64,000 bases of DNA, from the NCBI GenBank assembly GCA_963735035.1, contig CAVTJJ010000003.1, positions 672,001-736,000 on the forward strand, in the 5' to 3' direction. Position numbers and translations under genes: made by a program. Each line of letters opens with the position of its first letter. The first letter of the stretch is position 1. Shown piece after piece: positions 31,915-42,071 of the stretch. The notes beneath the pieces were generated by a model. The model made no database searches. It was not told the DNA's origin and was given only the letters and a program-made list of their open reading frames with translations. This DNA comes from an uncultured candidate division Zixibacteria bacterium (GTDB lineage: Bacteria; Zixibacteria; MSB-5A5; GN15; FEB-12).

Positions 31915-32622
31915 TCACGCGGTCTTCTCCGGTTTCACATCATGTTCACTTTGGTCACCGATAAAGAGGCAGATACCTGCAAGTATCAGCGGTACTCCTA
32001 TCAAGGCAGCGACCACGATCTGTGTCCACAGAGACCCTGAGTTCCTTAGACCAACGGTCATAACAAAGATCAGCATCAACGCGGTCATAATAAAGACGAT
32101 TATTCCCATTACCCGGGGGTATTTCTTTGACAAGAACCCGGCTGCCGCGATCACGAGCCACGGCCACGCCTGCATAAATGCCCCGACAATCGAGCCGCCG
32201 TCCATGGCCGCAAATGTGGCAATCAACAGACCTGCCGAAATGATTATTTTCGAAGCTGCTTCGCGATAGTTCTTGACCAGGATGACGTTTAACAGACCCT
32301 TCGCGACGAGACCAACGATTATCGCCGTCGCGAACAACTCGAAGTCGTGGTTGCCCTCGGTCTCCAGCTTGGCCATGAAAATGACACAGGTGATGAGTAG
32401 GACGGCGAACCCAATATTGCCGGAGCGGTAGTTGATCGTCATCTGGCGCTCATCGACATTCTTCCGGGCGATTCCTAGCGACGCCAGAGTTGGTCGAAGC
32501 AGATACGACCCTATTCCCAGGGCTATCCAAAACTGGTTTTGGGTGATCGCAAAAAGCGCAAAGCCCAGCACCAGAATGCCGGCCGCACACCAGAAAATCG
32601 GATCTTTCTTAAGCATGGTCAT
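31915..32622 (-). CDS. Multi-pass membrane protein (DUF2178-like DER motif)
   Basis: About 7-8 hydrophobic segments; VDERQMTINYRSG motif; directly downstream of the XRE gene. Confidence 0.7.
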   Translation of the reverse strand: MTMLKKDPIFWCAAGILVLGFALFAITQNQFWIALGIGSYLLRPTLASLGIARKNVDERQMTINYRSGNIGFAVLLITCVIFMAKLETEGNHDFELFATAIIVGLVAKGLLNVILVKNYREAASKIIISAGLLIATFAAMDGGSIVGAFMQAWPWLVIAAAGFLSKKYPRVMGIIVFIMTALMLIFVMTVGLRNSGSLWTQIVVAALIGVPLILAGICLFIGDQSEHDVKPEKTA

Positions 32623-32667
32623 TACCTTCCTATCTGAACTTGTTTCAGGCGATAACCGGAGTCTGGC

Positions 32668-32877
32668 CTAGTCATGATCTGACTCCTCCAATAGGAAGAG
32701 TTCTTCGACCGTCGTATCGAGCTTGAAGGCGAGTTGGAGGGCCAGTTTCACCGACGGGCTATAATCCCCTTTTTCAATCGAGACGATAGTCTGCCGGGAA
32801 ACCGAGACCATATCGGCTAGTTGCTGTTGGCTTAGCTCGCCTCGTTCAAATCTGAATCTTCGAAGGTTGGTTTTCAT
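32668..32877 (-). CDS. Cro/XRE-family HTH regulator
   Basis: LSQQQLADMVSVSRQTIVSIEKGDYSPSVKLA...VEELF. Confidence 0.93.
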   Translation of the reverse strand: MKTNLRRFRFERGELSQQQLADMVSVSRQTIVSIEKGDYSPSVKLALQLAFKLDTTVEELFLLEESDHD

Positions 32878-32918
32878 GGTTGTTCTTAGGGTTTTCGTTT
32901 CATCTCTATTCTCGCCCT

Positions 32919-32947
32919 ATTGTATAGTATTCTTTACATTCTGTCAA
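32919..32947 (-). promoter_or_regulatory. sigma70 promoter with overlapping operator palindrome for the XRE operon
   Basis: Minus strand reads TTGACA-17nt-TACAAT; imperfect palindrome TGTATAG-TATT-CTTTACA at 32921-32938. Confidence 0.75.
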
Positions 32948-32998
32948 GCAAATTGTTCACAAAGACAAGAAAAATGTACCGCTATTACCAAACCATAG

Positions 32999-33024
32999 AC
33001 CGAGGTCCCCCCTCGGACCTCGGT
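32999..33024. terminator. Hairpin downstream of the hydrogenase operon (terminator or REP)
   Basis: ACCGAGGTCC-CCCCTC-GGACCTCGGT perfect 10-bp stem. Confidence 0.5.
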
Positions 33025-33087
33025 TATCACATTGAGATAGAGTATGTTACACAGAAGCAGATAGTGTTGAGCGGTCAGCTTTGCGAG

Positions 33088-33396
33088 CTACTGTTTGATG
33101 CCCGGTCGGTAGGCGAACTCGGATGCTGCCATCGACGCCGGTACCGGGTAGAAGCCCGCCCCCGAGCAGAGCGGACAGGGATTGCGATCGACCTGTCTGA
33201 CTTCGATCAGGCCGGTCCCGTGGCAGGCGTAGCACGGGTTTTCAAGGGCGTCGAACCCTTTCCCGTCACAGTACATGCACTTGTGCGAATGGTCCGGTGT
33301 GATACACCGATTATCTACCCAGCCCCGGCCGCGGCACTCCGGGCAGACTTTTGGTTCGCCCTCGGGCGACGGCTTCTTTCTGGTCTCTGTCCCCAT
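33088..33396 (-). CDS. Stand-alone DnaJ-type zinc-finger protein
   Basis: Four CxxCxGxG repeats (CPECRGRG, CMYCDGKG, CYACHGTG, CPLCSGAG); GAGGTG RBS. Confidence 0.8.
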   Translation of the reverse strand: MGTETRKKPSPEGEPKVCPECRGRGWVDNRCITPDHSHKCMYCDGKGFDALENPCYACHGTGLIEVRQVDRNPCPLCSGAGFYPVPASMAASEFAYRPGIKQ

Positions 33397-33871
33397 ACTT
33401 CACCTCGCACGTTCTATTGCGAATCCATTCTTCGACTAAAGTAATCGCCGGCTCCACAGCCGCCGTAACGGCCGGGGTCATCTCTTCCGACAGCGTCTGC
33501 ACATCGGCCGCTTCCACGGCCAGGACGTCTATATTCTCCGGCATCTCATAACCAAGAAGCCTTCCAAGCCGGAGCGCCGTCGGCAGACTTATCTCGTGAC
33601 TTGATACCAACCCTCGACCGGGGGTCCAATATCCGTTCGGGAAGAAATGCAGTGTCCCTGGAATCGCTTTGCTCGTCAGCACTGTATCCACTACCAGCAC
33701 GGCCTCACGGCTGTGCATCAGATCCAGCAATGCGAACCCCGCCACCGAGGCGGTACAGACATCGGCGCGTTCGGTCACTTCCGGCCGAGTCAGACTCTCC
33801 CCCACCCGCAGACCAAAAGCGTCGTCGGTCAGCACATCATTTCCCAGACACAGGATCAGAATCGGTTTCAA
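33311..33871 (-). CDS. [NiFe]-hydrogenase maturation protease (HyaD/HycI family)
   Basis: LCLGNDVLTDDAFG, VLVVD and SSHEI motifs; TTG start overlaps the large-subunit stop; C-terminal tail overlaps the next gene. Confidence 0.9.
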   Translation of the reverse strand: MKPILILCLGNDVLTDDAFGLRVGESLTRPEVTERADVCTASVAGFALLDLMHSREAVLVVDTVLTSKAIPGTLHFFPNGYWTPGRGLVSSHEISLPTALRLGRLLGYEMPENIDVLAVEAADVQTLSEEMTPAVTAAVEPAITLVEEWIRNRTCEVKYGDRDQKEAVARGRTKSLPGVPRPGLGR

Positions 33872-35353
33872 CCGTCTCTCCGTTTCGAGTCAATAATTTC
33901 GCCGGTCGCAGCGTCGTGCACAATCAGCTCCAGCGGCATCTCGCCCGGCAGCGAATGCGTGGCGCATCCGAAACAGGGATCGTACGCCCTAAACGCCATC
34001 TCAATCCGGTTGAGAATGCCTTCGGTGAGCGTCGTACCCTTCTTGATCAAGCCTTCCGCGGCCCGTTTGATTGACATAGTAATCGGGGCATTGTTGTTCG
34101 TGGTACCGACGATCAGGTTGGCTTCGGTGATGATCCCTCGGTTGTCGGTCTTATAATGATGCGTCAGCGTTCCCCGAGGCGCTTCGACAATGCCAACCCC
34201 TTCGCCCACAATGCCTGTCGGCGGCTCGAAGATCTTGTCGGATGTGATTTCTTCATCCTGGGCCTGTTGCAGCACTGCCTCGCAGGCAAACACCAGCTCA
34301 ACTACCCTCGCCCAGTGCGTGGCCAGAGTAGCGTTGACCGGCGTTCTGCCGGTACGATCCCCGGTCAGCGTCTCATAGAACCGTTCGTACTCAGCTTGAG
34401 CCAGCGGCGTAGCCATACCGTCCGAGACGTTGAGCCGACTCAGCGGAGTCGCCTTGTAGACGCCTGAATCCTTGCCGTCGATAAATCCCTTCCACCCGAC
34501 CTTCTTCAGGAACGGATATTTCAGATAGCTATATGGCTCGACATGCTCGGCGACATATTCGAGATAATCTTTCGGCGCATATTTGGCGTGTTCGGTGCCG
34601 TCGGGCGCGGTCACCCGCACCATACCATCATAGAAAGTCACCTTGTTGTTGGCGTCCACCAGCCCCATGTTGTACGTCTTGTGGCAGAACAGGTCACCTA
34701 CTATCAGATTGACATAATGCTTTGTTCGCAAGAACCACGTCGTTGAGCACCTGAATCGTAAACTTGGCGAACTCAACCATATCCCGGCCGATCTTGATCA
34801 TCTCCTGCTGTTCTTCCTTGGTGACCCGTTTGGACATGCCTCCCGGAAGCGCCGTCACCGGATGTACTTTCTTGCCGCCGATGATCTCGATAATTCTCTG
34901 ACCGCGCGCTCTTTGAGCAATGACCTTCTTGCCGGCGTCGATGCCCACCTTGGCGATTACGCCAAGGATATTGCGCTCAAGCGGGGGCGCATCAGGACCG
35001 CAAACGAAATCCGGTCCGCCCAGAGCATAGAAATGGGTGGTATGATCGCCCGCATAGAATCCGTTATAGACCAGTTCGCGTAGCTTGCGCGCCGCCGATG
35101 GAATCGTCACTCCGTAAACCGCATCGGCCGCTTTCGCCGCCGCCATGTGGTGGGCATCGGGACAAACCCCACAAATGCGGGTCGTAATGCGACACATCTC
35201 CTCAACCGGCCGCCCAACACAGAACTTCTCGAACCCGCGCAGTTCCGGCACTTGGAAATAGCAGTTGGCCAGCGAGCCGTCGTCGTTGATGAATAGGTGT
35301 ATCTTGCCGTGGCCCTCGAGCCGGGTGATCGGATCAATCAGGACCGTTCTCAT
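33868..35353 (-). CDS. mvhA: Group 3c-like [NiFe]-hydrogenase large subunit, apparent +1 frameshift near 34715-34723
   Basis: IDPITRLEGH, L1 motif RICGVC, EAPRGTLTHHY, L2 motif RAYDPCFGCATH plus cleavable tail; halves join as VLANK-(H/A)YVNLI. Confidence 0.9.
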
Positions 35354-36321
35354 ACTTGTACTCTCCTGATCATTGATGCCGGAAGACTGAAACGATAGAA
35401 CGTGCCGACCGGATCGGCGATGGTCCCGATGATCTCGTCGATCTCCTCCGGATCGGTGGAATCAATCACGCTGGCCAGCGCCGAAACCATCTTCGCCCCC
35501 TGATCGCGGACGTTCACCGGAAGGCCATAGCAGCCCCGGCAGGGCACCCCGGCCGTTGAACATTTCGCACCGCAGCCTGCCCGAGTCGCCGGTCCCATGC
35601 AGACAATACCCTGTTCCAGCAGACATAGATTGGCGTCGATCCTGATCTCATGCGGCCGGTAGAATTTCTTGATCTTCTTGATATTCTTTTCGCGCAGACA
35701 TTCATCGCAACAAGTCTTGTCGGTCGCCCCGAGAATCGTCCCTTTCGGGGGCAGCGGTTTGCCGTTTTTCAGGATATCGATCACCGCTTCGACCACTGCC
35801 GCAATCTGATTCGACTGGGGCGGACAGCCGGGAATGATATAATCGACCTCGACCACCTGCGGCAGCGTCCGCACCGTATTCCACAAGTATGGGATGTGAA
35901 GCTCACCCTCGGGGACTTTGACAGTCGGTTGCGGTACTACTACGCTCCCCTTTTCCAAAGAGGGCGACTTCTTGTAGACATAATCCATAATCGCGTCTTT
36001 AGTCACCAGATTGGCCATCCCGGGAATACACCCCTCCGAGGCGCAACTGCCGAACGCACACAGCACCACCGACTTGGCCCGCATGAGCTTGGCCATCTCG
36101 TAGTTTTCGTCGCTGCGAATGGCCCCGTTGAACAAAGTCAGCGTGATTGACTTATCGTCCATCCGACGGATATCGTCATACTTCGTATCCATCGCACATG
36201 GCCAGAAGATCGGGTCGAAGAAATCCGCCACGGCCAGAATCTTCTCCTCGATATCCAGAATTGCGATATCACAACCGCCGCACGACGATGCCCAATAGAT
36301 TGCCAGTTTCGGTTTAGCCAT
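35350..36321 (-). CDS. mvhG: [NiFe]-hydrogenase small subunit
   Basis: WASSCGGC, AFGSCA, PGCPP, CCDEC, CLLEQGIVCMGPATRAGCGAKC, PCRGCYG; GGAG RBS before the ATG at 36321. Confidence 0.92.
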   Translation of the reverse strand: MAKPKLAIYWASSCGGCDIAILDIEEKILAVADFFDPIFWPCAMDTKYDDIRRMDDKSITLTLFNGAIRSDENYEMAKLMRAKSVVLCAFGSCASEGCIPGMANLVTKDAIMDYVYKKSPSLEKGSVVVPQPTVKVPEGELHIPYLWNTVRTLPQVVEVDYIIPGCPPQSNQIAAVVEAVIDILKNGKPLPPKGTILGATDKTCCDECLREKNIKKIKKFYRPHEIRIDANLCLLEQGIVCMGPATRAGCGAKCSTAGVPCRGCYGLPVNVRDQGAKMVSALASVIDSTDPEEIDEIIGTIADPVGTFYRFSLPASMIRRVQV

Positions 36322-36326
36322 GTTTG

Positions 36327-36809
36327 TCACTCCCTGCTCACAACCAAATCGTGGCTCGCGACTGAGGCGTGGCGCGTGTCCGCCTCGCCCGGCTCGAACG
36401 TCCAATCCTTCAGGTGAAGCGGCCCCAGTTCGCGAATCTGTTCGGTAAATTCGCCGATCACTTCCTGGAACCGCACTCCTTCGGACGCCGAGACCCATTC
36501 GAGGCGAAGCCGCCGCTTATCGACCCCCATCGCTTCTAGTAACTTGAGAGTCAGCGGCACGCGACGCATGCACTTGTAGTTGCCCTCGACATAATGGCAG
36601 TCGCCCGGATGACACCCGCAGATCAGGACCCCGTCGGCCCCTTTCTGGAACGCATCCAGCACGAATCCGGGATCGACCCGACCGCTGCACATCACCCGAA
36701 GGCTCAGGATATTGGGGGGATATTTAAGCCGCGCCGTGCCGGCGAGGTCGGCGCCAGTATAACTGCACCAATTGCAGAGGAAACCTATGATCTTGGGTTC
36801 GAAGCTCAT
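36327..36809 (-). CDS. mvhD: [2Fe-2S] adaptor subunit (MvhD/FlpD)
   Basis: GFLCNWCSYTGADLAG, RVMCSGRVD, GCHPGDCHY and WVSASEG motifs. Confidence 0.95.
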   Translation of the reverse strand: MSFEPKIIGFLCNWCSYTGADLAGTARLKYPPNILSLRVMCSGRVDPGFVLDAFQKGADGVLICGCHPGDCHYVEGNYKCMRRVPLTLKLLEAMGVDKRRLRLEWVSASEGVRFQEVIGEFTEQIRELGPLHLKDWTFEPGEADTRHASVASHDLVVSRE

Positions 36810-38564
36810 ACCAACATCCCCTCTATTTGGGCGTAAATTTGTTCGTCGGTGAAATGTCTCGCGACAATCGCACCGGCCGGGCAGGCGGCCACACAGGTGC
36901 CACAGGCTTTGCACAACGCCGAATTCACGACGCTGACTTTCTTATCGGTCAGGTAATCAATCGCATTGTACGGACACAGTTCATTGCATACGCGACAACC
37001 ACCGCAATATTCTTCCTGAATTGCCGCATATGCGGCATCCATCATTATTTCGCGCTGACAAAGTAACTTGAGCGCATGTGAGGCTGCCGCCCCTCCCTGA
37101 GCTACTGTATCCGGAATATCCTTAGCGCCCTGACAGGCTCCGGCCAGGAATACGCCATCGGTGGTTGTCGAAACCGGCCCAAGTTTCGGATGTGCCTCTA
37201 TAAACCAGCCGTCGGCGCCAACTGAAATGTTGAACTTCCTCGCCGTCTCCTTGGCGTCCTTGCGTGCTTCCAGTGCCGTGCAGAGGATCACCATGTCGAC
37301 CGGAATCTCGCGGAACTTGCCTATCAGCGTGTCCTCGCACATGACCAGCAAGTGGCCTTCCTCGCCCCGACGGAACCCCGACGGCACCACTTCGGCTGCT
37401 TTGCCGCGGATAAGATTCACATCTTCATCGAGAATGCGCTGATAGAACTCTTCGTACCCCTTGCCGAAACTGCGCACGTCGATATAGAGTTGGTAGACTT
37501 CCGCCGAGGTCTTTTCCTTCACCAGATGCGAGAACTTGAAAGCGTACATGCAGCAGACCCGACTGCAGTACTTGTGATAGTTTTGATCGCGGCTGCCGAT
37601 GCAGTGCAGAATGGCAATCGCCCGCGGCTCCTCGCCGTTTTCCAGCACGATCTTGCCCCCGGTCGGACCGGCGGCGTTGTTCATCATTTCGAATTCTTCG
37701 GCCGAGATGACATTCGGATACTTGCCGTAGCCGTACTGCTTCATCGGTGTGGGGTCAAAGCTGTCAAAGCCGGTGGCCATGACAACGACGCCAACATCGA
37801 ATTCCTCGAACTGATCCTGATCGTCGTAGTGAATACAGTCTTTCGGGCAGACTTTCGAGCAAACCTTGCACTCACCCGTATTGAAGTGTATGCACTTGTC
37901 CGGATCGATGAACGGGACGTTCGGCACGGCTTGGCGAAACGGCAGCGAAATCGCCGAGTTCGGCCCGAGCGATATCTCGCTGTGTACAATTGAACGCCCG
38001 TGAATTTCTTCCATCTTGATATGCCCGGTCGGACATACACTGGCGCAGGCGCCGCACAAGATACAGTCGTCGCTGCCAGCCTCCGAACGGCGTGGCGACT
38101 TCCCGATAAATGCCCCGGTTACTGAAAGCGAGCGCATGCGCGCCGACGACTTCGTCGCATACCCGCACGCACAGACCGCACAGAATACACGTGTCCTCAC
38201 CCGTGCCCCAGCGCGGCTTGTCGATTCCGAATTGCTCCGCCAACTGCTGCAACACCGGAACCGGCGCGCAGCGACTCATGAGCATTTCGAGATTGACCCG
38301 GCGAGCGTTTATCACACGCGGCGTCGAAGTGTGTATTTCCAGACCGTCCCAGACCGGATAGTTACAGGCCGTGACAATCTTGCTCCAACCTCGGCCGTCG
38401 CGCGCCTCGACCGCACAGATACGGCAGGCGGCGTACGGGGTCATATACGGATAGTGGCAGAGAGTCGGGATGTACGCTCCGAGCGCGCGGGCGCCGTCGA
38501 GAACAAACGCTCCTTCTTCCATCTCCACCGAATGTCCGTCGATCTTTACATTCACTTTGGCCAT
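36806..38564 (-). CDS. Fusion of a NuoG/HoxU/HydA-N-like Fe-S domain to the C-terminal half of HdrA, apparent +1 frameshift near 38083
   Basis: IPTLCH...CRIC...TAC [2Fe-2S]; CILCGLCVRVC; (shift TPF-EAGSDD) CILCGACASVCP; then HdrA sequence AISLPFRQAVP, VMATGF, CIGSRD...CSRVCCMYAFK, GVFLAGACQGAKDIPD and a C-terminal 2[4Fe-4S] domain. Confidence 0.85.
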
Positions 38565-40585
38565 CAAATCCTCCTACGCCACCGTGGCCGCTTCGCGCCT
38601 GACCGATGTCTCCCAGACCTGAACTGCTTTAGTCTTGAATGCCCGTCGCCTTCACCTCGTTTGACGCGCACGATGGCGTCGTGCTTGCAGATCTGGTAGC
38701 AGGCACCGCACTGGATGCATTTGTCCTGGATGATACTGTGCAGCTCTTTCGGCTTGCCTACAATTGCCTTAGTCGGGCACGGCTTCAAACATGCCACACA
38801 GCCGGTGCATTTCTCGGTAATGGCGTGCGACACTAATTCTTTGCAGACTCCGGCCGGACACCGCTTATCACGAATATGCGCCATGTACTCCTGTCGGAAA
38901 TACTTGACCGTCGACAGAATCGGGTTCGGCGCACTACCGCCCAACTGACAGAGACTGGTATCCACCAGTACCTGTCCTAGTTCTTCCAGCAGTGACAGAT
39001 CTTCGACCGTCCCTCGACCATCGCAGATCCGGGTCAGCACTTCCAGCATGGTCCGGATGCCTTCCCTGCAGGGCAGACACTTCCCGCAGCTTTCTTCCTG
39101 CAGGAAAGTGAGGAAATACCTGGCGACATCGACCATACATGAATCTTCGTCCATCACAATCATGCCGCCCGAACCCATCATCGAACCGACTTTGGTGAGC
39201 TCGTCGAAATCTACCGGCAGATCAAGCAGGCTAACCACTTCCTGATCATCGCGGATATCGCCGTGCGCCACCAGGCTGTCGTGAATCTTCTTCTCACCGG
39301 TTTCGACTATCAGCGTCCCCCCCGACGGCCCACCGGTTTGCACCGCCTTGAATCTCTTGGTGCCTCTCACACCGCCACCGATATCATATAGGATTTCGCG
39401 AAGTGTGATGCCCATTGGCACCTCGACCAGACCGGTGTTGTTGACCTTGCCGGTCAGGGCGAAGACCTTGGTTCCCTTTGAGCCCTCGGTTCCGATCCTG
39501 GCATAGGCTTTGGCCCCCATCTCGATGATGATTGGGACATTGGCCCAGGTCTCTACGTTATTCAGGTTGCTCGGCTTGTCCCACAAGCCGGATTCGACTG
39601 TGTGAATATACTTGGCGCGGGGTTCGCCGGTTTTCCCTTCGAGCGAGGCCATCAGCGCGGTCGATTCTCCGCACACAAACGCCCCGCCGCCACGCGAAAC
39701 CTCGATGTCGAAATCGAATCCCGTCCCGAGTATGTTCTTCCCCAGAAGGCCGCATTCACGGGCCGCGTCGATTGCGATCATCAGATTCTTGACCGCGAGA
39801 GGATACTCGTTGCGCACATAGACGAACCCCTCATTGCTGCCTATGGCATACGCACCGATAATCATCCCCTCGATAACAGAATGCGGATTGCCTTCGAGCA
39901 GGGAGCGATCCATGAACGCGCCGGGATCGCCTTCGTCCGCGTTGCAGATGACATATTTCGGCGTTCCTTTCGCCTTTCGACAGGTCGCCCATTTCTTGCC
40001 CGTGGGATATCCTCCACCCCCTCGACCACGCAGACCGGAGGTAGCTACTTCCTGAATGATCTCCTCAGGCTTCATCTTGAGCGCCTTAACCATGGGTCCG
40101 TATCCGCCCAGAGCGATGTAGTCACCTATCGAAGTCGGATCCATGTGACCGTTCTTCCCGAAAATCAAGCGCATCTGCTTTTTGTAGAACGGTATATCTG
40201 CTTCGTGAATGATCGTCTCTTTGGTAAGCGGATCGCTATAGAGCAGGCGGTTGACTATCTGCCCCGCTTTGATCGTCTGGTTGACTATCAGCTTGGCATC
40301 GGACGCTTTCACCCGCTGATAGAAGATGCCCTGCGGATGAACCACCACCAGCGGACCCCGCTCACAGAAACCGTGACACCCGGTTCGTTTTAGTTCGACT
40401 TCTTTATCCAGGTGACCCGCCACGAGTGCCTCGTGAAGGGCATTGCTTACCTTCTCGCAACCGCACGCCAAACATCCGGTCCCCGAGCAAACTGAAATAG
40501 TTGTTCTCTCTTCCTTACGGTGCTTGACGAGACTGGCTCGAAATTCTTCGAGCCCCGCAGCCGAGGTGATCCGTGTCATGTTCAT
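38564..40585 (-). CDS. NuoF/HoxF/HydB-like FMN/NADH diaphorase subunit with N-terminal [2Fe-2S] and C-terminal 2[4Fe-4S] domains
   Basis: CSGTGC...[62 protein letters not shown]...CIQCGAC. Confidence 0.93.
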   Translation of the reverse strand: MNMTRITSAAGLEEFRASLVKHRKEERTTISVCSGTGCLACGCEKVSNALHEALVAGHLDKEVELKRTGCHGFCERGPLVVVHPQGIFYQRVKASDAKLIVNQTIKAGQIVNRLLYSDPLTKETIIHEADIPFYKKQMRLIFGKNGHMDPTSIGDYIALGGYGPMVKALKMKPEEIIQEVATSGLRGRGGGGYPTGKKWATCRKAKGTPKYVICNADEGDPGAFMDRSLLEGNPHSVIEGMIIGAYAIGSNEGFVYVRNEYPLAVKNLMIAIDAARECGLLGKNILGTGFDFDIEVSRGGGAFVCGESTALMASLEGKTGEPRAKYIHTVESGLWDKPSNLNNVETWANVPIIIEMGAKAYARIGTEGSKGTKVFALTGKVNNTGLVEVPMGITLREILYDIGGGVRGTKRFKAVQTGGPSGGTLIVETGEKKIHDSLVAHGDIRDDQEVVSLLDLPVDFDELTKVGSMMGSGGMIVMDEDSCMVDVARYFLTFLQEESCGKCLPCREGIRTMLEVLTRICDGRGTVEDLSLLEELGQVLVDTSLCQLGGSAPNPILSTVKYFRQEYMAHIRDKRCPAGVCKELVSHAITEKCTGCVACLKPCPTKAIVGKPKELHSIIQDKCIQCGACYQICKHDAIVRVKRGEGDGHSRLKQFRSGRHRSGAKRPRWRRRI

Positions 40586-41100
40586 GATTCCTCCTCACCC
40601 TCTGCAGCACCGGTCGCTTTGCCCTTCAACCCATCAAGCATGCGGTCGACTTTCGACACCGTCATGTTGCCGTAATAGACTTCATCAGCCGTCACCAGCG
40701 GCCCCAGGGCGCAGGCCCCGAGACAGTTCACCGTCTCCAGGCTGAATTCCCGGTCGTCGGTAGTCAGGCCGGGTTTGATGCCCAGCGACGTCTCCAGCCT
40801 GTCCACAATGACCGACGCCTGGCGAACGTGACAGGCCGTCCCGGTACAGACACAGATGTGATGCTTCCCCTTAGGGGTCAGACTGAATGAGCGATAGAAC
40901 GTGGCCACACCAAATACCTGGGCCACCGGCAGCTCCATCTTCCTGGCCACCAACTTGAGGGCTTCAATCGGCAGGTAGCGATAATGCTTTTGCACATCCT
41001 GAAGGATCATGATGAGGGCGGTTTGTTTCGCCTCATACTTGTTGACGATACTATCGATCGCTTCGGCCAGATCGTAGTGGCTCTGCACGGCCGTTGTCAC
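40582..41100 (-). CDS. NuoE/HoxE/HydC-like [2Fe-2S] subunit
   Basis: [16 protein letters not shown] and [10 protein letters not shown] motifs; GTG start behind a GGAGG RBS. Confidence 0.93.
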   Translation of the reverse strand: MTTAVQSHYDLAEAIDSIVNKYEAKQTALIMILQDVQKHYRYLPIEALKLVARKMELPVAQVFGVATFYRSFSLTPKGKHHICVCTGTACHVRQASVIVDRLETSLGIKPGLTTDDREFSLETVNCLGACALGPLVTADEVYYGNMTVSKVDRMLDGLKGKATGAAEGEEES

Positions 41101-42071
41101 TTCGAGCCTCCTTCCACCGGCACCGACAGCGGCTCCGGCATCGGCTGCGCGCCGGTCAGCAGGGTCAAATCGTGGTCGGGACCCAGGACACCACGATGAC
41201 TCATGTCGAGCGCCTTCCCTTCTCTGACCACCTGCTTACCGAGAAACAATCTTCGCTCGCGGGGATACGGCTTGCTGGGACACGCCTCGTAACATGAGCC
41301 GCAACTGTTGCACAGGGTCGGATCGACATAGCGCGCCTTCTTACGAACCTTCACTTTGAAGTTGCCTATGTATCCCTTGACTTCCTCGACTTCCGCATAA
41401 GTCATCAATTTGATATGCGGATGCTTCCCCACCGATACCATCTTGGGAGTCAGAATACAGGCGGCGCAATCAAGCGTGGGAAAGGTCTTGTCGAATTGTG
41501 ACATGTGGCCGCCGATCGACGGCTCTCTCTCGACCAGCACCACTTCAAAACCGGCGTCGGCAATTTGCAGGGCCGCTTCGATTCCGGCGATACCGCCCCC
41601 GACAATCAATACCCGCTGGAAGATCGGTACCCGGCGCATTTCGAGCGCTTCGTGGAACTTCACCCGCGCCACCGCGCCGCGCAGCAGAGCGAGCGCTTTG
41701 GTGGTCGCCATCCGAGGATCGACTGTTACCCAACTTACCTGCTCGCGAATATTGGTCATCTCAAAGAAATACCGGTTCAGGCCGCCGTCCTCGACCGCTT
41801 TACGGAAAGTCGCTTCGTGCATGAGCGGACTGCACGCCGCCACCACTACCCGATCGAGTTTCAGTTCTCTGATATCCTTCTGAATGAGTTCCTGTCCGGG
41901 GTCCGAACACATGAATCGATAGTGACGCGCGATCACCACTCCCGGCGCTTCGGCTATGGTCTCTGCAACTTTGACCACATCAACCGTCTTGGCGATATTC
42001 GTCCCGCAGTGACAGATATACACTCCCACCCGGGGGGTACCATTGCCGGACGCATGTTCAAGCGAGCTCAT
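41097..42071 (-). CDS. hdrA: N-terminal half of heterodisulfide reductase subunit A
   Basis: VGVYICHCGTNIA, FMCSDPGQ, AACSP, GGGIAG FAD motif, DKTFPTLDCAACILTPKM; ends after CNSCGSCYEACP plus a ~60-aa tail. Confidence 0.92.
   Translation of the reverse strand: MSSLEHASGNGTPRVGVYICHCGTNIAKTVDVVKVAETIAEAPGVVIARHYRFMCSDPGQELIQKDIRELKLDRVVVAACSPLMHEATFRKAVEDGGLNRYFFEMTNIREQVSWVTVDPRMATTKALALLRGAVARVKFHEALEMRRVPIFQRVLIVGGGIAGIEAALQIADAGFEVVLVEREPSIGGHMSQFDKTFPTLDCAACILTPKMVSVGKHPHIKLMTYAEVEEVKGYIGNFKVKVRKKARYVDPTLCNSCGSCYEACPSKPYPRERRLFLGKQVVREGKALDMSHRGVLGPDHDLTLLTGAQPMPEPLSVPVEGGSK

Noticed and set aside
33200..33240. CYACH as a cytochrome c heme site
   Set aside because: It is part of a CxxCxGxG zinc-finger repeat in a protein with no signal peptide.
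41097..41300. HdrA-N stop as just another sequencing error
   Set aside because: The rest of HdrA is about 3 kb away behind two complete genes, and the stop overlaps a GTG start with a strong GGAGG RBS.
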